Positions 50,501-62,899 of a stretch of DNA of 64,000 nucleotides are shown here, one piece after another. Under the pieces are notes generated by a model. The model did no database searches. It was given only the letters and a program-made list of their open reading frames with translations, and was not told the DNA's origin. Source of the stretch: Malacoraja senta (Eukaryota); NCBI GenBank assembly GCA_038087875.1, contig JAXLNO010000627.1:1-64000 (forward strand). Direction: 5' to 3'. Position 1 is the first letter of the stretch; each line of letters starts with the position of its first letter. Both the position numbers and the translations under genes were made by a program.

Positions 50501-52976
50501 TAAACCTTTCCGAATAGGAAACTTCGTTACTGATTAACAACTGATTTCATAGGGTGTTCCCATTTACAGCGATCATCGGAGATATTGGAAATTATCAGGA
50601 GGAGGCAATTGCTATGATGAGGCAATGATAACAATATGATAACAGTAATGATAAAAGTAAAGCATTGCAAAGTGGACTACTCAGAGTTCAAAAACACTTG
50701 TTATGTCTTGAATGGATGATATTTTAATGCTGTATTTTGCTAAAATCAACTGTTTCAGCCTCAAATATATTTGAGGAATTGGGCTTCTCTAGCCAGTTAA
50801 ATTTAAGTTGTTACCACATAGACTTGTTGGTCATTGGGATTTACCTTTAACTATTAATTAGCCTATGACACCGCCCTGGGGCAAGAGATTGGAGTTAATA
50901 GAAACCTGTAACAGTCTTGTTGTTATAAAGCAGCCTTCTATTCATCAAGAGTAATTGGCAATCAGTTATTGGTATCAACTATCTATAGACACTAGGTGCA
51001 TTCTATTGGTTAAAGAGTGATTGAGCGAATATGCATAATCTGCATGCTCAACTTCAAGTTGATACACTATGGTGGTGGCATATGTTAGTCACATGGGTGC
51101 AATCAATTAAAAGTATCCTGTAATAGTTTACCTAATACATTTGCCACTGGTGTATCATCAAGTACAGATCAATGACAACACAGAATGGGTGTTGGATCAC
51201 ACAGTATTTATGAAATTCTGGTTCGATGGAACACCAAATATCGATATGTTGTTTTCATGCTTATTCACCGGTTGCAAAAATATGTGGCAAAACAGTGGCG
51301 AGAGATACATTCTCGCTACAAGGAGGAGGAATGGGCTTTTATGTCTTCCTCCATTTTGCCTCATCAGTCGGGTCTTCAAATAAAGTCATCAAGATCCCGC
51401 TTTAGGTTTTTCCTACTGTCTGACTGGCCTATGCAGCTTTGATTCCCGCTTTTGTTGGGAATAATAATACAACCTTATACGGTTATTCTAAACGTAAACT
51501 TTGCAGGTTCAGCCTGTGGCTCGGGAAACCAGCCTTTGCATGATAACATCAATTTATGACTTGCAGATTCTGACTAGACTGCCCCTACATCTTGGGTTGT
51601 CACGCCGATCCATGTATGTGTTCACTCCAGAGTGCTGGGATAGCACCAAAAAAGCAGTACATTTCCTCTTCTGGAGATGGGAAGCGTTTTGTTTAATGCT
51701 AATGTTACATTTAATACGGTACAGATTACTGACGTCTTGGAGTTCATTTTTAAATCGTCTTTTGACAATAATTGAGTTATAGGGCCATTAACTGTGCCCA
51801 ACGTGACTTCCCATCATATTTGCTGCAGCAAACGGGACCCACTCTGTCGGGTTTCACCCCCGGATATCGAGTTTGTAAACAATATCTTTAACACAAGTTC
51901 TCCCAGGACAAGTACAAGCAGTATGGGATATTGACATTGTGTTAACAATACTTCACCAGGGGGGCTCCAGCTACATCCTTAGCTTTGGCCGGCTCTCATA
52001 AGGTAGTTATCCTCATGGCACTGGTTTCATCGCAACGGGTTCAGTCGCTACATAATTGCGACGGGACAGGATGATTACATCTGTAAATAATATATATAAT
52101 ATTTTATGTTTATGATTTAATTAAGCAGAGCAGAAGGGGCGTCAGGTCTCAAACTAGTTCATCCCAGGGCCCTTCGGTTATGTGAGGGCACACATATACA
52201 ACAATACGTCAAGGTCACCAAGAGCCTTCGAGGCTCTGAACTAGCAATGCTTGTTAGTTACAAAAAACTTTATAAGAAGGTATCCGTTCAGACCATCTGC
52301 AGGTGATAAAACGGAGTTTGATTTATGCTGGAGTATATACTGATTTCCAAATCTCACTCCACCAGGGCTGCTACAACATCAGCAGCAAGGGTTATTTACG
52401 TTCCGCCGGACCACATCCTAACGGCTGCAGCATGGTCAAACGAACAAACTTTCCAAACATTTTATAATAACCCATTGCCAGGCAAGGGGTATTTGCCAAC
52501 TCTACTTTAGGTTCTATTTATAGTTTCCATCTGGATGAGAGGGATTACTATTATTATTACTTCATTAAACAGCATCAGCATGTTTTAAATCTATGTCATG
52601 TCTGTATGCATTATGAATGTTTCTCTCATCTGTCAATGAATGTTTCCCTCATCTGTCACGTGACTCCGAAGTAAAATAGTAAGATTAAACGAGAACTTAC
52701 CAGTTTGAAGTTTGATCTTTATTTTTTGAGGCGTTACGATGAGCAATTACGTGCCCACCGCTCCCAACCCTCTTTCATAAAGATCACTCGGTAGTTCTAG
52801 TCCTCTCTAAGTCTTACTATGTTACCGACTACTGTTATCTGTGATTTCACACCGCAGCTTTGAAGATTGACGCGCATGCGGACTGGTGGGGCTTCTTCCC
52901 GTAATCGCTCATCGTAACTCCTCATAAAATAAAGATCAAACTTCAAACTGGTAAGTTCTCGTTTAATCTTACTGTT
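47515..52976 (+). mobile_element. Second, more decayed DIRS1-type element with a CR1 insertion
   Basis: Same termini as 33731-38193 (TTTACTTCGGAGTCACGTGAG ... CTCGTTTAATCTTACT). ICR at 52655-52753. Remnants NDNTEWVLD, PPFCLISRV and HSTRAATTSAA...TFQTFY. Confidence 0.9.
47900..49146 (+). mobile_element. CR1 LINE, 5'-truncated, nested in DIRS copy 2
   Basis: YLDFQKAFDKVPH, GVPQGSVLGP, RPHLEYCVQFW and a (TTTCTATG)n tail. Confidence 0.95.
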
Positions 52977-53091
52977 CTTACATCATTAATGCTGACATTT
53001 AATGTGCGTTCCTTACTATCGACTCAAACATCAAATGAACCTTTTGGGAATCCTGCGTCATCACTTTCGAGTCCATTTGGACCTCCGATTA

Positions 53092-55140
53092 GATCATAAG
53101 GTCAAAAGTGATGGGAGCAGAATTAGGCCATTTGGCCCATCAGATCAACTCCACCAATCAATCATGGCTGATCTATCTCTCCCTTCTAACCCCATTCTCA
53201 TGCCTTTCCCCATAACCCTTGACACCCATATTAATCAAGAATCTATCCATCTCTGCCTTAAAAATATCCATTGACGTGGTGCCCCCCAGCCTTCTGTGGC
53301 AAAGAATTCCAGAGATTCATCACTCTCTGATTGAAGAAATTCCTCCGCATCTCCTTCCTAAAGGAACATCCATTAACACTGAGACTATGACCTCTGGTGC
53401 TGGACTCTCCTACGAGTGAAAACATCCTCTCCACATCAACTCTATCCTGGCCTTTCACTATTCTGTAAGTTTCAATGAGGTCACTCCTCATCCAGCGAGT
53501 ACAGGCCCAGTGCTCATCATATGTTAACCCACTCATTCCTGGGATTATTCTTGTAAACTTCCTCTGGACCCTCTCCAGAACCAGCGCATCCTTCCATATT
53601 GGACATATGGTGTCCAAAACTGCTCACAATAATCCTGACTGGCCTGACCAGCGCCTTATAGAACCTCAGCATTACATCCCTGTTTTTTGTATTCTAGCCC
53701 TCTTGAAATTGTCTATATTTAGAAAATAGTCAATGCCTTTATTTCTTCTACCAAAGTGCATGACTGTACACTTTGCTTGGATGTCTTGCATTTACCATTT
53801 TTTGCCCACTCTCCCAACCTGTCTAAGTCCTTCTGCGAAGTCACTGCTTCTTCAACACGACAAGCCCCTTTGCCTATCTTGGTATCATCCAGAAACCTGG
53901 CCACAAACCCATCAATTCTATCATTCAGATCATTAGCATATAACATGAAAAGTAGCGGACCCAACACTGGCCCTTGGAAACACCACTAGTCACCTGCAGC
54001 CAAGCAGAAACATTGAAACTTAGAAACATAGAAAAAAGGTGCAGGAGTAGGCCATTCGGCCCTTCATGCCAGCACCGCCATTCAAAATGTTCAGGGCTGA
54101 TCATCCAAAATCAGTACCCCGTTCCTGCGTTCTCCCCAGATCCCTTGATTCCGTTATCCCTAAGAAATATTTCTAACTCTCTCTTGAAAAAAATCAGTGA
54201 ATTGGCCTCCACTGCCCTCCACAGATTCACAACTCTCTGGGTGAAAAGGTTTTTCCTCATTTCATTCTTAAATGGCCTTTAACACGTTCTTTAACTGTGA
54301 CCACTGGCTCTGGACTCCCCCAACATCAGGAACGTTTTTCCTGGACCTAGCCTGACCAATCCTTTAAGAATTTTATATGTTTCCATAAGATTCCCTCTCA
54401 TCCTTCGAAATTACAGTGAATATGAGCCCAGTCGATCACTTTTTTCATCATATGTCAGTCCCGCCATCCCGGAAATTCACCTGGTGAACCTACGCTGCAC
54501 TGCAAGAATATCCTTCCTCAAATTAGGTGACCAAAATTGCACACAATACTCCAGGTGTGGTCTCACCAGGGTCCTGTATAACTGCAGTAGGATCTCATTG
54601 CTCCTATACTCAAATCCTCTCGCTAGGAAGGCCAGCATGTCATTTGCTTTTTTCACTACCTGCTGTACCTGCATGCTTACTTTGAAATTGCCTCCTTCTT
54701 TCCCACTCTTTGCCTTCTGCCAGTCAGCCAACCTTGTCAAAGGCCTTATGAAAATCCAAGTAAACAATTTTCACTGACTTTCTGTTTGTATCCTGCTTGT
54801 TACTTCCTCAAGGAATTCCAACAGATTTGACAGACAAGATCTTCCCTTATCAAAACCACGCTGACTTCATCCTATTCTATTATGTGCTTCAAAGTACCCC
54901 AAAACATCATTATTAAAGGACTTACCAACCGCTGAAGTAATTCTAAATGGCATATAATTTCCTTTCTTTTGGTTTCTTCCTGTCTTAAACAGTGGAGATT
55001 TTTTGTGATTTTCCAGTCCTCGGGAACCATTCCTGACTAGTGATTCTTGAAAGATCACTACTGATGCCTGCAAAATCTCTACAGCTACCTCTTTCAGAAC
55101 TCTAGGCTGTGGTATATCTGGTGCAGGTGACTTATTCACC
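53092..55140 (-). mobile_element. Decayed CR1, with a second CR1 3' fragment nested at ~54020-54682
   Basis: Two CR1 3' ends (near 53092 and 54021) and RT remnants (LGPLLFMLY, FLDDTK, PRVLKEVA). Confidence 0.85.
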
Positions 55141-55489
55141 CTCACACCGTCCAGCCACTCCCAGTGAGCAGTGTCCTGGTCACCAGGACGTCAGATCCCT
55201 CGGCCATTCCCCAGCAAGTGTTGTCAGCTCAGTGCAGGCATCACCTGGATCCCAGGAAGCTGCGGCTGGTCAGCGGCTGCGGCTGGGAGATTTCAGGGAG
55301 ACGGGTGGTCGCGGAAAATTCAGCTTCTATGTCCGTGCACCCACTGACACAGTAAGACCACCGTCCACACACATGCGAGGCTGTAGGATCCTGCAGCATC
55401 TACAGAGGTCCTGTGACCATAGATCCGGACACAGGTTCAGATTTTCACCCAGCAGCCACACGCCCAATGGTATTCAGTTCACTCTTGTA

Positions 55490-55715
55490 AACAGTAGGTG
55501 TTGCTCCTGGGCCTGGCCAAGCTGGCCATCCACGAGTCACGGCGCCAGGCAGAAGAGGGCTCTGCCCAAGCCGGCTGCCTTCCCCTTTTCCGGGGTTACA
55601 TCCAAGCTCGGGTGGTACGAGAAAGGGACCATGCGCTTTCCATGGGTGCCATGGGGGATTTCCGGGACCGCTGGACAACGCACGGGGTAGAATGCATCCT
55701 TAATAAGGATGGTGA
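55490..55715 (+). mobile_element. L1/Tx1-like LINE ORF2 C-terminal fragment
   Basis: LLLGLAKLAIHESRRQA...LFRGYIQARV...FRDRW resembles Tx1-clade C-termini. Confidence 0.55.
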
Positions 55716-56287
55716 TAAAGTTAGTCACTCTATACTCATGACTGCATAGACGGACATAGTGCGATCTCCATCATCAAGTTCGCCGACGACACCACTGTTG
55801 TGGGACATATCACTGATGGGGACGAGTCAGGGTATAGAAGTGAGATTGACTGATTAACCAAATGGTGCCAGCACAATAACCTGGCTCTCAACACCAGCAA
55901 CGTCAAGGAACTGATTCGGAAGGGGTAGGAGGGGACCCACAGCCGTTTATATCAATGGGTCGATGGTGGAAAGTGTAAAGACTGTCCAAACACAGGGTGT
56001 CTTCACTCTAGTTTATTTCATACATTGTATTCGTATACACACATATTGCCCTAGCTGTTCGTGGTCCGTTACCGGAGCTAGAGAGCGAGCTAGGGGTGGG
56101 AAGGTTACATTTATACTGAAGCTAATGGGGAGTGGTTAGTAGAAGTGAGGTCACCATGTTAAAGGAACATGCACGGCTCTACATCCTTCCCCTTGAAAAG
56201 GGAAACATAGCAATGATGACAGTGAGACCACGACTCATACGCTAGGCACAAACCCGCGCGTACATCGTCAGGAAAAACTTAAAACAT

Positions 56288-58406
56288 TCAAGCAAACTCC
56301 CCGTAACGTTCAGGCGGCTTGACCAGACGCCCGGAGCGGGTATGCAGCCCGCCTCCCCCCCCCCTTCGAAGGTAGAGTGGGCACCGGGGCAGGAGCGGCG
56401 ATAGGTGAACCGAAAGGGGAGTGAGCAGGAGGGGGAGAACGAGGAGACCGGGGAGGAGACAAGGGCACCGCAACGGGCACGCGAGCGGGAGATGGCTGAT
56501 GGGGGGGGCCAGGAGGAGCAGCGGGAGAACGGGGCGCCAAGGGTCGCGAGGGCAGAGGAGCGGGAGGCAACGAGGCGGCAACCGGGGGAGCAAAAGGGGC
56601 TGTGGGAGGCGGAGCGGGCTCGTTGACCGGCAGCAAATGCTGGCGGGACCGGCGGTAGATTGTGCCCTCGTAGTCAACCAGGTAAGAGCGCAGAGAGTCG
56701 GCAAAGCCGATGACAACAGCCAAGCGGTGGTGTCCGGAGGGGGACTGCATCCGGACGACCTGGCCCTCGAAGAGGGGCTGAAGGGGACGGCATGACTTGT
56801 CGTGGGAGCGCTTCTGGACGACCTGTTTCTGGGTAATACGCTTCTGGACAGCAGCAGGGCTGCGGACTGCGGGCCGTAGCGACCGCTGGGAGACAGGGAT
56901 TGGAGGGCGAGTGGTGCGGGACATGAGCCGTTGAGCCGGTGAGCCCATGGTAGGGTCGCGACTAATATTTCGGAGATTCAGTAGAGCGAGATAAAAATCC
57001 GAATGCGACAGTCTGCAATGTTCCAGCAGCTCCTTGGCACTGCGGACGGCGCGCTCAGCAAGGCCGTTGCTCTGCGGGTACTCCGGGCTGCTGGTGATGT
57101 GGCGAAAGTTGTAGGCGGCGGCGAATGCGCGGAACTCAGCACTCGTGAACTGGCCCCCGTTGTCAGACTGCACAGTCACAGGAATGCCAAAGGTTGCAAA
57201 GAGGGGTTGCAACGTCCCGATGACCGCAGCAGAAGTGAGGGAGTGCAGACGCTTAATCTCGAACCAGCTGGAGTAAGAGTCGACCAGGACCAGGAAATGT
57301 TTGCCACGCCACTCAAATATGTCCGTAGCGACCGCCATCCACGCCAGGGCGGGGGCAGGCTGTTGCAGGAGTGGCTGGCGTTGCTGGTGGGGAGAGAGGG
57401 TATTGCAGGTGGAGCAGGCAGAGACCCTCTCCTGGATGTCCTGTGCCATGCTGGGCCAATAAAATTGGCTCTGGGCCTGGGACAGGGTGGCATCGGCACC
57501 GGGATGGCCGTTGTGGGCAGTTTGGAAATAGTGGTCCCACAGAGCGGCAGGCACCACAACCTTGTGGCCCTTCACCACCACGCCGCCCTGCAGCACAAGT
57601 TCGTCCTGGACTAGGAAGTAGGGCGCAGCACCAGCCGGCAAGGGTGAGCGACGGTCAGGCCAGCCGCGACGGATGACGTCTATAAGCTGTTGCCGGGCAG
57701 GATCATTGGCAGTGTGGTGAATCAGGGACTGCATCTGCTGGGAGGGCATGAAGTTGACGTTTAGCACCATCAGGTCGGATGACTCGTACGGGTGGCGGGC
57801 TGTAGAAGCCAGCGGTGCGCGGGACAGCGTGTCAGCCACAAACATGTCCTTGCCCTTGTGGTACACGATTTGAAACGTGAAGCGTTGGAGTTGCAGCATC
57901 ATACGCTGCAAACGGGAAGAGGCAACGTGGATCGGTTTGTTTAAGATCGTGACCAGCGGCTGGTGGTCGGTTTCGATAGTGAAGGTGTTACCTATAATGT
58001 AGTCCCTGAACTTCGAGCAGGCAAACACCACGGCAAGGAGCTCTTTCTCGATCTGAGCGTAGCGTTGCTCGGTTGGAGTCATGGTGCGGGAGGCGTAGGA
58101 GACAGGTAGCTGCAGGCGGTCGTGGATCTGCAGGCAGGCGGCACCGAGACCGAAACTTGATGCATCGCAGGTAATGACGATAGGGCGCTTTAAGTCGAAG
58201 AACTTCAGAGTGGGGGCGCGAACCAGCCGGGATTTCAAGTCATCGAAGGCTGCCTGATGCAGCGGGTACCAAACCCAGGCAGTGTCCACCTTGGTCAGTT
58301 CCCTCAGGGGCGCACTCAGCTCGCTGAGGTCGGGAATAAATTTCCCCAGATAGTTCATCATGCCCAAGAAGCATTGCAGGCTTGGCACGTTGACCGGAGC
58401 TGGCAT
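56288..58406 (-). CDS. Gypsy pol 3' part: RT thumb, RNase H, integrase (frameshifted from the upstream ORF)
   Basis: CDASSFGLGA, YAQIEKELLA, TDHQPL, HNGHPG...CSTC, ATDIF, SDNGGQF, SNGLAERAV. The terminal TRSGRLVKPPERY lies in another frame. Confidence 0.9.
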
Positions 58407-60405
58407 CTCTGACCGCAGCTGTCTTCTGTGGGTCTGGTTTCAGACCCTCGGCCGTAAAAACGTGGCCCACGTAGGTGACCTCCGGGACGCGGAAACGGCA
58501 CTTCTTGGGGTTCAGTTTGAGGTTGATTTCCCGAGCCCGATCCAGGACCAGACGGAGGTGGAGGTCGTGCTCAGCGACGTCCCTCCCGTACACCAAGATG
58601 TCATCAACGATGATAGCACACGGCAGACCTGCAAATAGCTGTTCCATGGTGCGCTGGAAAACCTCGCTGGCAGAATTGATCCCGAAAGGCATGCGGAGGA
58701 AACGGAACCTGCCGAAAGGTGTACCAAACGTGGTCAGTAAAGATGAACGTTCATCCAGCGGAATCTGCCAGAAAGAGTTCTTGGCATCGAGGACAGAGAA
58801 TACAGTGGCCGGGCCAACCTTTGCAGCGACATCCTCCACCGTTCGCATGGGGTAGTGCGGGCGCTTGATGGCAAGGTTTAGGTCCTTGGGGTTGATACAG
58901 ATCCGAATCTCACTCTTGTCCTTCTTAGCAGCAACGACCATGGTGGAGACCCACCGGGTGGCATCGCTCACTTCCTTGATGATGCCCATGGCCACCATCT
59001 GGCGTAGAGTGGACTCCACCTTGTCCTTCATAGCAAAGGAGACGCGGTGAGGAGGGCGGACTACCGGATGGACCTCGGGGTCCACCTCGATTTCGTACTT
59101 GCAGGGTAGTTTGCCCAATACTTCGTCAAAACGGTCGGGGTACTCGCACATGGGATCCATGGGGGTCTGCACCGGGTGGATGTCGTGGTGGAAGGACACC
59201 AAACCGAGGTCCTGGCACGCACGGGCGCCCAACAGAGTAACATTCTCAGATTCCAGCAGGAGGAAAGAGAGGGGCCGAGAGGCCTTCAGAACTGAGCAGA
59301 TAAGGGTGGCCTTGCCAACTGGGAATAGCATGCTCCCCCCATATGCACGGAGGCGGGAGTGATCAGCGGTAATGTTCTCACCAGCTCTTATCTGTTGAAA
59401 AAGACTTAACGACATAATATTCGTAAACGCCCCCGTATCTACCTTAGCAGAGAAGGTCATCCCATTCACAGTAACTCGAACTGATGGATCAGCTATCACA
59501 GCATGTGCACCCAGGACTGAAAAAACAAGCGATTCATCATGGGAGGAGCTGTTATCAGAATCAGGGAGTTCGACTGGAAGGTATTCGGAGTCATAAACAC
59601 TGTCAGTAGCAGTCAGGCTGTGTAGACTCTTTCTCGGAGCAGGGACAGGCTGGCCCCTGGAACGGCACGCTGCGGAGAAGTGATTAAGCTTCTTACACAA
59701 ATTACAAGTCTTACCCAGAGCAGGGCAAACATCAAATTGATGATTGACAAAGTTGCAGTTTGGGCATCGGCGAGGGTTGACCCTTGCAGGCGCAGGGGTG
59801 CTACGCTGGCGTGGCGGGCCATCGCGCCGCGGGCGTCCAGCAGCACCGGCATAGTTAATGTCCTCAGCTTCAGGGGGAGATACGGCGTCGACAGCAGCAG
59901 ACATGCGAGAGGCATGCAAAGCGTCGTTTAAAGTGAGGTCCGGCTTTCTCAGAAGCTCAGCCCGTAGCTTCACGTCCTGTAGACCGTGAACTAGGACATC
60001 TCTGATCAACTGATCGGGGGTCAACGTCTCCAGGTGGCAACGCCGGGCCAGGTGACGCAGCGATGCCACGAAGGTATCGATGTGCTCCCCGGGTTTCTGG
60101 CGCCTGCTGAAAAACTTGAACCGCTCTAGAATGGAGTTGGTGGGAATGTCACACAGCGCGGCAAATTTATTGATGAGACACACGGGGTCCTCTGCATTCT
60201 CACCATCGGCGTACTCAAAAGATTCAGAACGTTCCATGGCCTCCGGGCCAGCCAGGTTGAGGAGCAGATGTGCTGTAATCGCAGGGGTAATATTAGGATG
60301 AGCGATGGCGACATAGTGCTGGAAGTCGCGCCGGAAAATAGTCCACCGGTGGACGATGTCCGAGTCAAACACCAGAACGTCAGGCTTTCGACACGAGGTG
60401 GCCAT
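58240..60405 (-). CDS. Gypsy gag-protease-RT
   Basis: Probable start MATSC at 60405. Zinc-knuckle region CPNC...H...CPALGKTCNLCKKLNHFSAAC, protease VDTGA, RT LDAKNSFWQ, MPFGI and IVDDILV. Confidence 0.9.
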   Translation of the reverse strand: MATSCRKPDVLVFDSDIVHRWTIFRRDFQHYVAIAHPNITPAITAHLLLNLAGPEAMERSESFEYADGENAEDPVCLINKFAALCDIPTNSILERFKFFSRRQKPGEHIDTFVASLRHLARRCHLETLTPDQLIRDVLVHGLQDVKLRAELLRKPDLTLNDALHASRMSAAVDAVSPPEAEDINYAGAAGRPRRDGPPRQRSTPAPARVNPRRCPNCNFVNHQFDVCPALGKTCNLCKKLNHFSAACRSRGQPVPAPRKSLHSLTATDSVYDSEYLPVELPDSDNSSSHDESLVFSVLGAHAVIADPSVRVTVNGMTFSAKVDTGAFTNIMSLSLFQQIRAGENITADHSRLRAYGGSMLFPVGKATLICSVLKASRPLSFLLLESENVTLLGARACQDLGLVSFHHDIHPVQTPMDPMCEYPDRFDEVLGKLPCKYEIEVDPEVHPVVRPPHRVSFAMKDKVESTLRQMVAMGIIKEVSDATRWVSTMVVAAKKDKSEIRICINPKDLNLAIKRPHYPMRTVEDVAAKVGPATVFSVLDAKNSFWQIPLDERSSLLTTFGTPFGRFRFLRMPFGINSASEVFQRTMEQLFAGLPCAIIVDDILVYGRDVAEHDLHLRLVLDRAREINLKLNPKKCRFRVPEVTYVGHVFTAEGLKPDPQKTAAVRDASSGQRAKPAMLLGHDELSGEIYSRPQRAECAPEGTDQGGHCLGLVPAASGSLR

Positions 60406-61430
60406 AGTACTTAAATAGTTGGAAAGGAAAATAAACACTTGGAGAAAAGAAAACAAACCCGATGAACAGGAGACGCAGGGTTAACTTCTGACAACCATGT
60501 AAAGACTGTCCAAACACAGGGTGTCTTCACTCTAGTTTATTTCATACATTGTATTCGTATACACACATATTGCCCTAGCTGTTCGTGGTCCATTACCGGA
60601 GCTAGAGAGCGAGCTAGGGGTGGGAAGGTTACATTTATACTGAAGCTAATGGGGAGTGGTTAGTAGAAGTGAGGTCACCATGTTAAAGGAACATGCACGG
60701 CTCTACAGAAAGGGTCAAGAACTTCAAATTCCTGGGCGTGCATATTTCTGAAGATCTCTCCTGGTCCCAGAACACTGATGCAATCACAAAGTAAGCACAT
60801 CAGCGCCTCTACTTCCTAAGAAGATTACGGAGAGTCGGTATGTCAAGGAGGACTCTCTCGAACTTCTACAGGTGCACAGTAGAGAGCATGCTGACCGGTT
60901 GCATCGTGGCTTGGTACGGCAACCTGAGCGGACAGGAGCGGAAAAAGTTGCAAAATGTTGTAAACACTGCCCAGTTCATCATTGGCTCTGACCTCCCTAC
61001 CATCGAGGGGATCTATTGCAGTCACTGCCTCAAAAAGGCTGCCAGCATCATCAAGGACCCATACCATCTCTCCGTTGCTATCAGGTAGAAGGTACACAAG
61101 CCTGAAATCTGCAACATCTAGATTCTTCCCCACAGCCATCAGACTATTAAACACAACTTCGAACAAACTCTGCACTATAACAGCCTATTGCACTTTATCT
61201 GTTTATTTATGTGTGTATATATATATACTATGGTATATGGACACAATGATCTGTTCTGTATTTATGCCTACAATATTCTGTTGTGCTGCAGCAATCAAGA
61301 ATTTCATTGTCCTATTTGGGACACATGACAATAAACTCTCTTGACTTGACTTAGTAGTTTATTTAGTATATTTGTTTGACTTGTATTATGGTGGTGGGTT
61401 TTGTTTCGATTTATTTCGTACTATACATAT

Positions 61431-62312
61431 TATAGGGAGGTTTCACGGCAGTCGGGTCACGACCCCATGACCCGTACTGTTGCTACGCTACGCCAAATGG
61501 ATTACACGCGATGAACTGCAGGTAGGCACTTACCATTGTTTCCAGTGTAGCGGGCCCGTTAAAACCCGCCGAAATGGTCAATTTTTGCGCTGTAAATAAT
61601 TATGGAAATCGGGATAAGCGTGAGAGACATTTAGCCAACTTCAGAATTCAAAAAGTGAGGAGAAATGACGGTAGATTGAAGCGAGAGCTGAAAGGAACAA
61701 CAACAGCCAGAGTGCTTGGCGAACATTGGCCGTTTGCTCACTGCATTTCATCAACTAAGGCATTATTTGTGTTTTTTCTTGATTCCTTTGGCATCTAAAA
61801 AGTTTCAGAAGGGATAATCGCCCCTGGTTCTCGTGGGTTTTTACATACAAAAATAAAACGCCTCTGAAGCAAAATTTACAACCAGATTTACCACTTCTGA
61901 GAATTTTTAGATACCAAAGAAATAAAAATAAAAAAAATAATGCCTTACCATTAATGAAATGCAGCGAACAAACGCGATAAATCCCGATATTTTCAATTCC
62001 GATATCTGCACGGCCAATGTTCTCCAAGCATTTTAGCTGTTGTTGTCCCTTCAGCTGTCGCTTCTCTTTACCTTCATTTCGCTTCACTTTTGGAATTCTG
62101 AAGTTGGGTACATGTCTCTCACACTTACCCCGACTTCCACAATTTTTTACAGCGAAAAAATTCAACATTTTGGCGGTTTTTAACAGGTAGGAATGTACGC
62201 GATTCTTGTATTAATAACATATACCGGAAGTTACGGATGTCCTACAGATGGATTGAGCGGGTCCGTGCGTCAAGCCCTATGACCCGGTGACCTTACGTGC
62301 AACCCCCCTATA
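61431..62312. mobile_element. Fold-back non-autonomous DNA element (ISL2EU/Harbinger-like) with two inverted THAP-domain remnants
   Basis: Termini TATAGGGAGGTTTCACG and CGTGCAACCCCCCTATA. Arms 61574-61820 (+) and 61886-62168 (-) are diverged inverted copies reading MVNFCAV..GNR...FRI.KV...RVCSLHFING. Confidence 0.7.
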
Positions 62313-62349
62313 GTAAATAATTGAATTTAAAAAAACAGTGGGTGAACAT

Positions 62350-62506
62350 GAGGACCTGTGGGCAGACAGCTAATGGAGCTGTGGCTCCGCATACAGACCA
62401 CTGGAGGACAGTGGGATCCTGTGGGTACACAGCTGGTGGAGCTGTGGCACCGCATACAATCCACTGGTGGACACGAGGACCCTGTGGACACTCGGCTGGT
62501 GGAGCC
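62350..62506. repeat. About 63-bp tandem repeat, 2.5 units
   Basis: gga(t/c)cctgtggg.a.acagctggtggagctgtggc.ccgcataca..ccactgg.ggaca repeated. Confidence 0.8.
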
Positions 62507-62676
62507 AAAGATTATATAGCCCCTCTAGTATCTTTGGGTGGAGCTGCCCCCTCTCCTCACTCCCCCCGCTCTCTCTGAGACCTTCCCCGGGAACAGAGCC
62601 CCGCTCTTTGATGGACATTCAGTCCCAGACTCCGCCTTCACCCCCAGCCCCGGGCTCTCCACTGGATTCTCCTCAT

Positions 62677-62870
62677 ACGTCACACGTCAAGCAGACCATG
62701 GGTTTCCCCACACGTCACGCGTCGGATAGCCCGCGGTATTCGCAGAACGTCACGCCGTCGGGTGGTCCTGAACTCCGCCCAACGTCACGCCGTCAGGTGG
62801 ACCTTTCCCCGCCCCCAAAACGTCACGCCGTCAGGTGCCCCCCCCCCCACATACGTCACGCCGTCAGGGA
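62677..62870. promoter_or_regulatory. Six-unit ACGTCAC(GCCGTCAGG) motif array with GC boxes
   Basis: Cores at 62677, 62712, 62747, 62782, 62820 and 62853. CCGCCC occurs in two spacers. CpG-rich. Confidence 0.45.
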
Positions 62871-62899
62871 TAGCTCCACGCGGGTGACGGTTTAACGGC

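Larger units (their letters stand above)
55974..60707 (-). mobile_element. Full-length Gypsy LTR retrotransposon (Mag-like), 4734 bp
   Basis: 210-bp TG...CA LTRs at 55974-56183 and 60498-60707 with one mismatch. TSD GAAAG. PBS TGGTTGTCAGAAGT (60484-60497), tRNA-Leu-like. PPT AAGGGGAAGGA (56184-56194). Confidence 0.98.
55725..61352 (+). mobile_element. Rex1/Babar LINE split by the Gypsy insertion (55725-55973 and 60713-61352)
   Basis: KFADDTTVVG on the left. INGSMVE-RVKNFKFLGVHIS rejoins across the insertion. FYRCTVES...LSGRRY on the right, with a (GACTT)n tail. Confidence 0.9.

Noticed and set aside
62677..62870. CRISPR array interpretation of the repeat-spacer pattern
   Set aside because: Vertebrate context, no cas genes, repeats only ~13-17 bp and degenerate, spacers short and partly homopolymeric.
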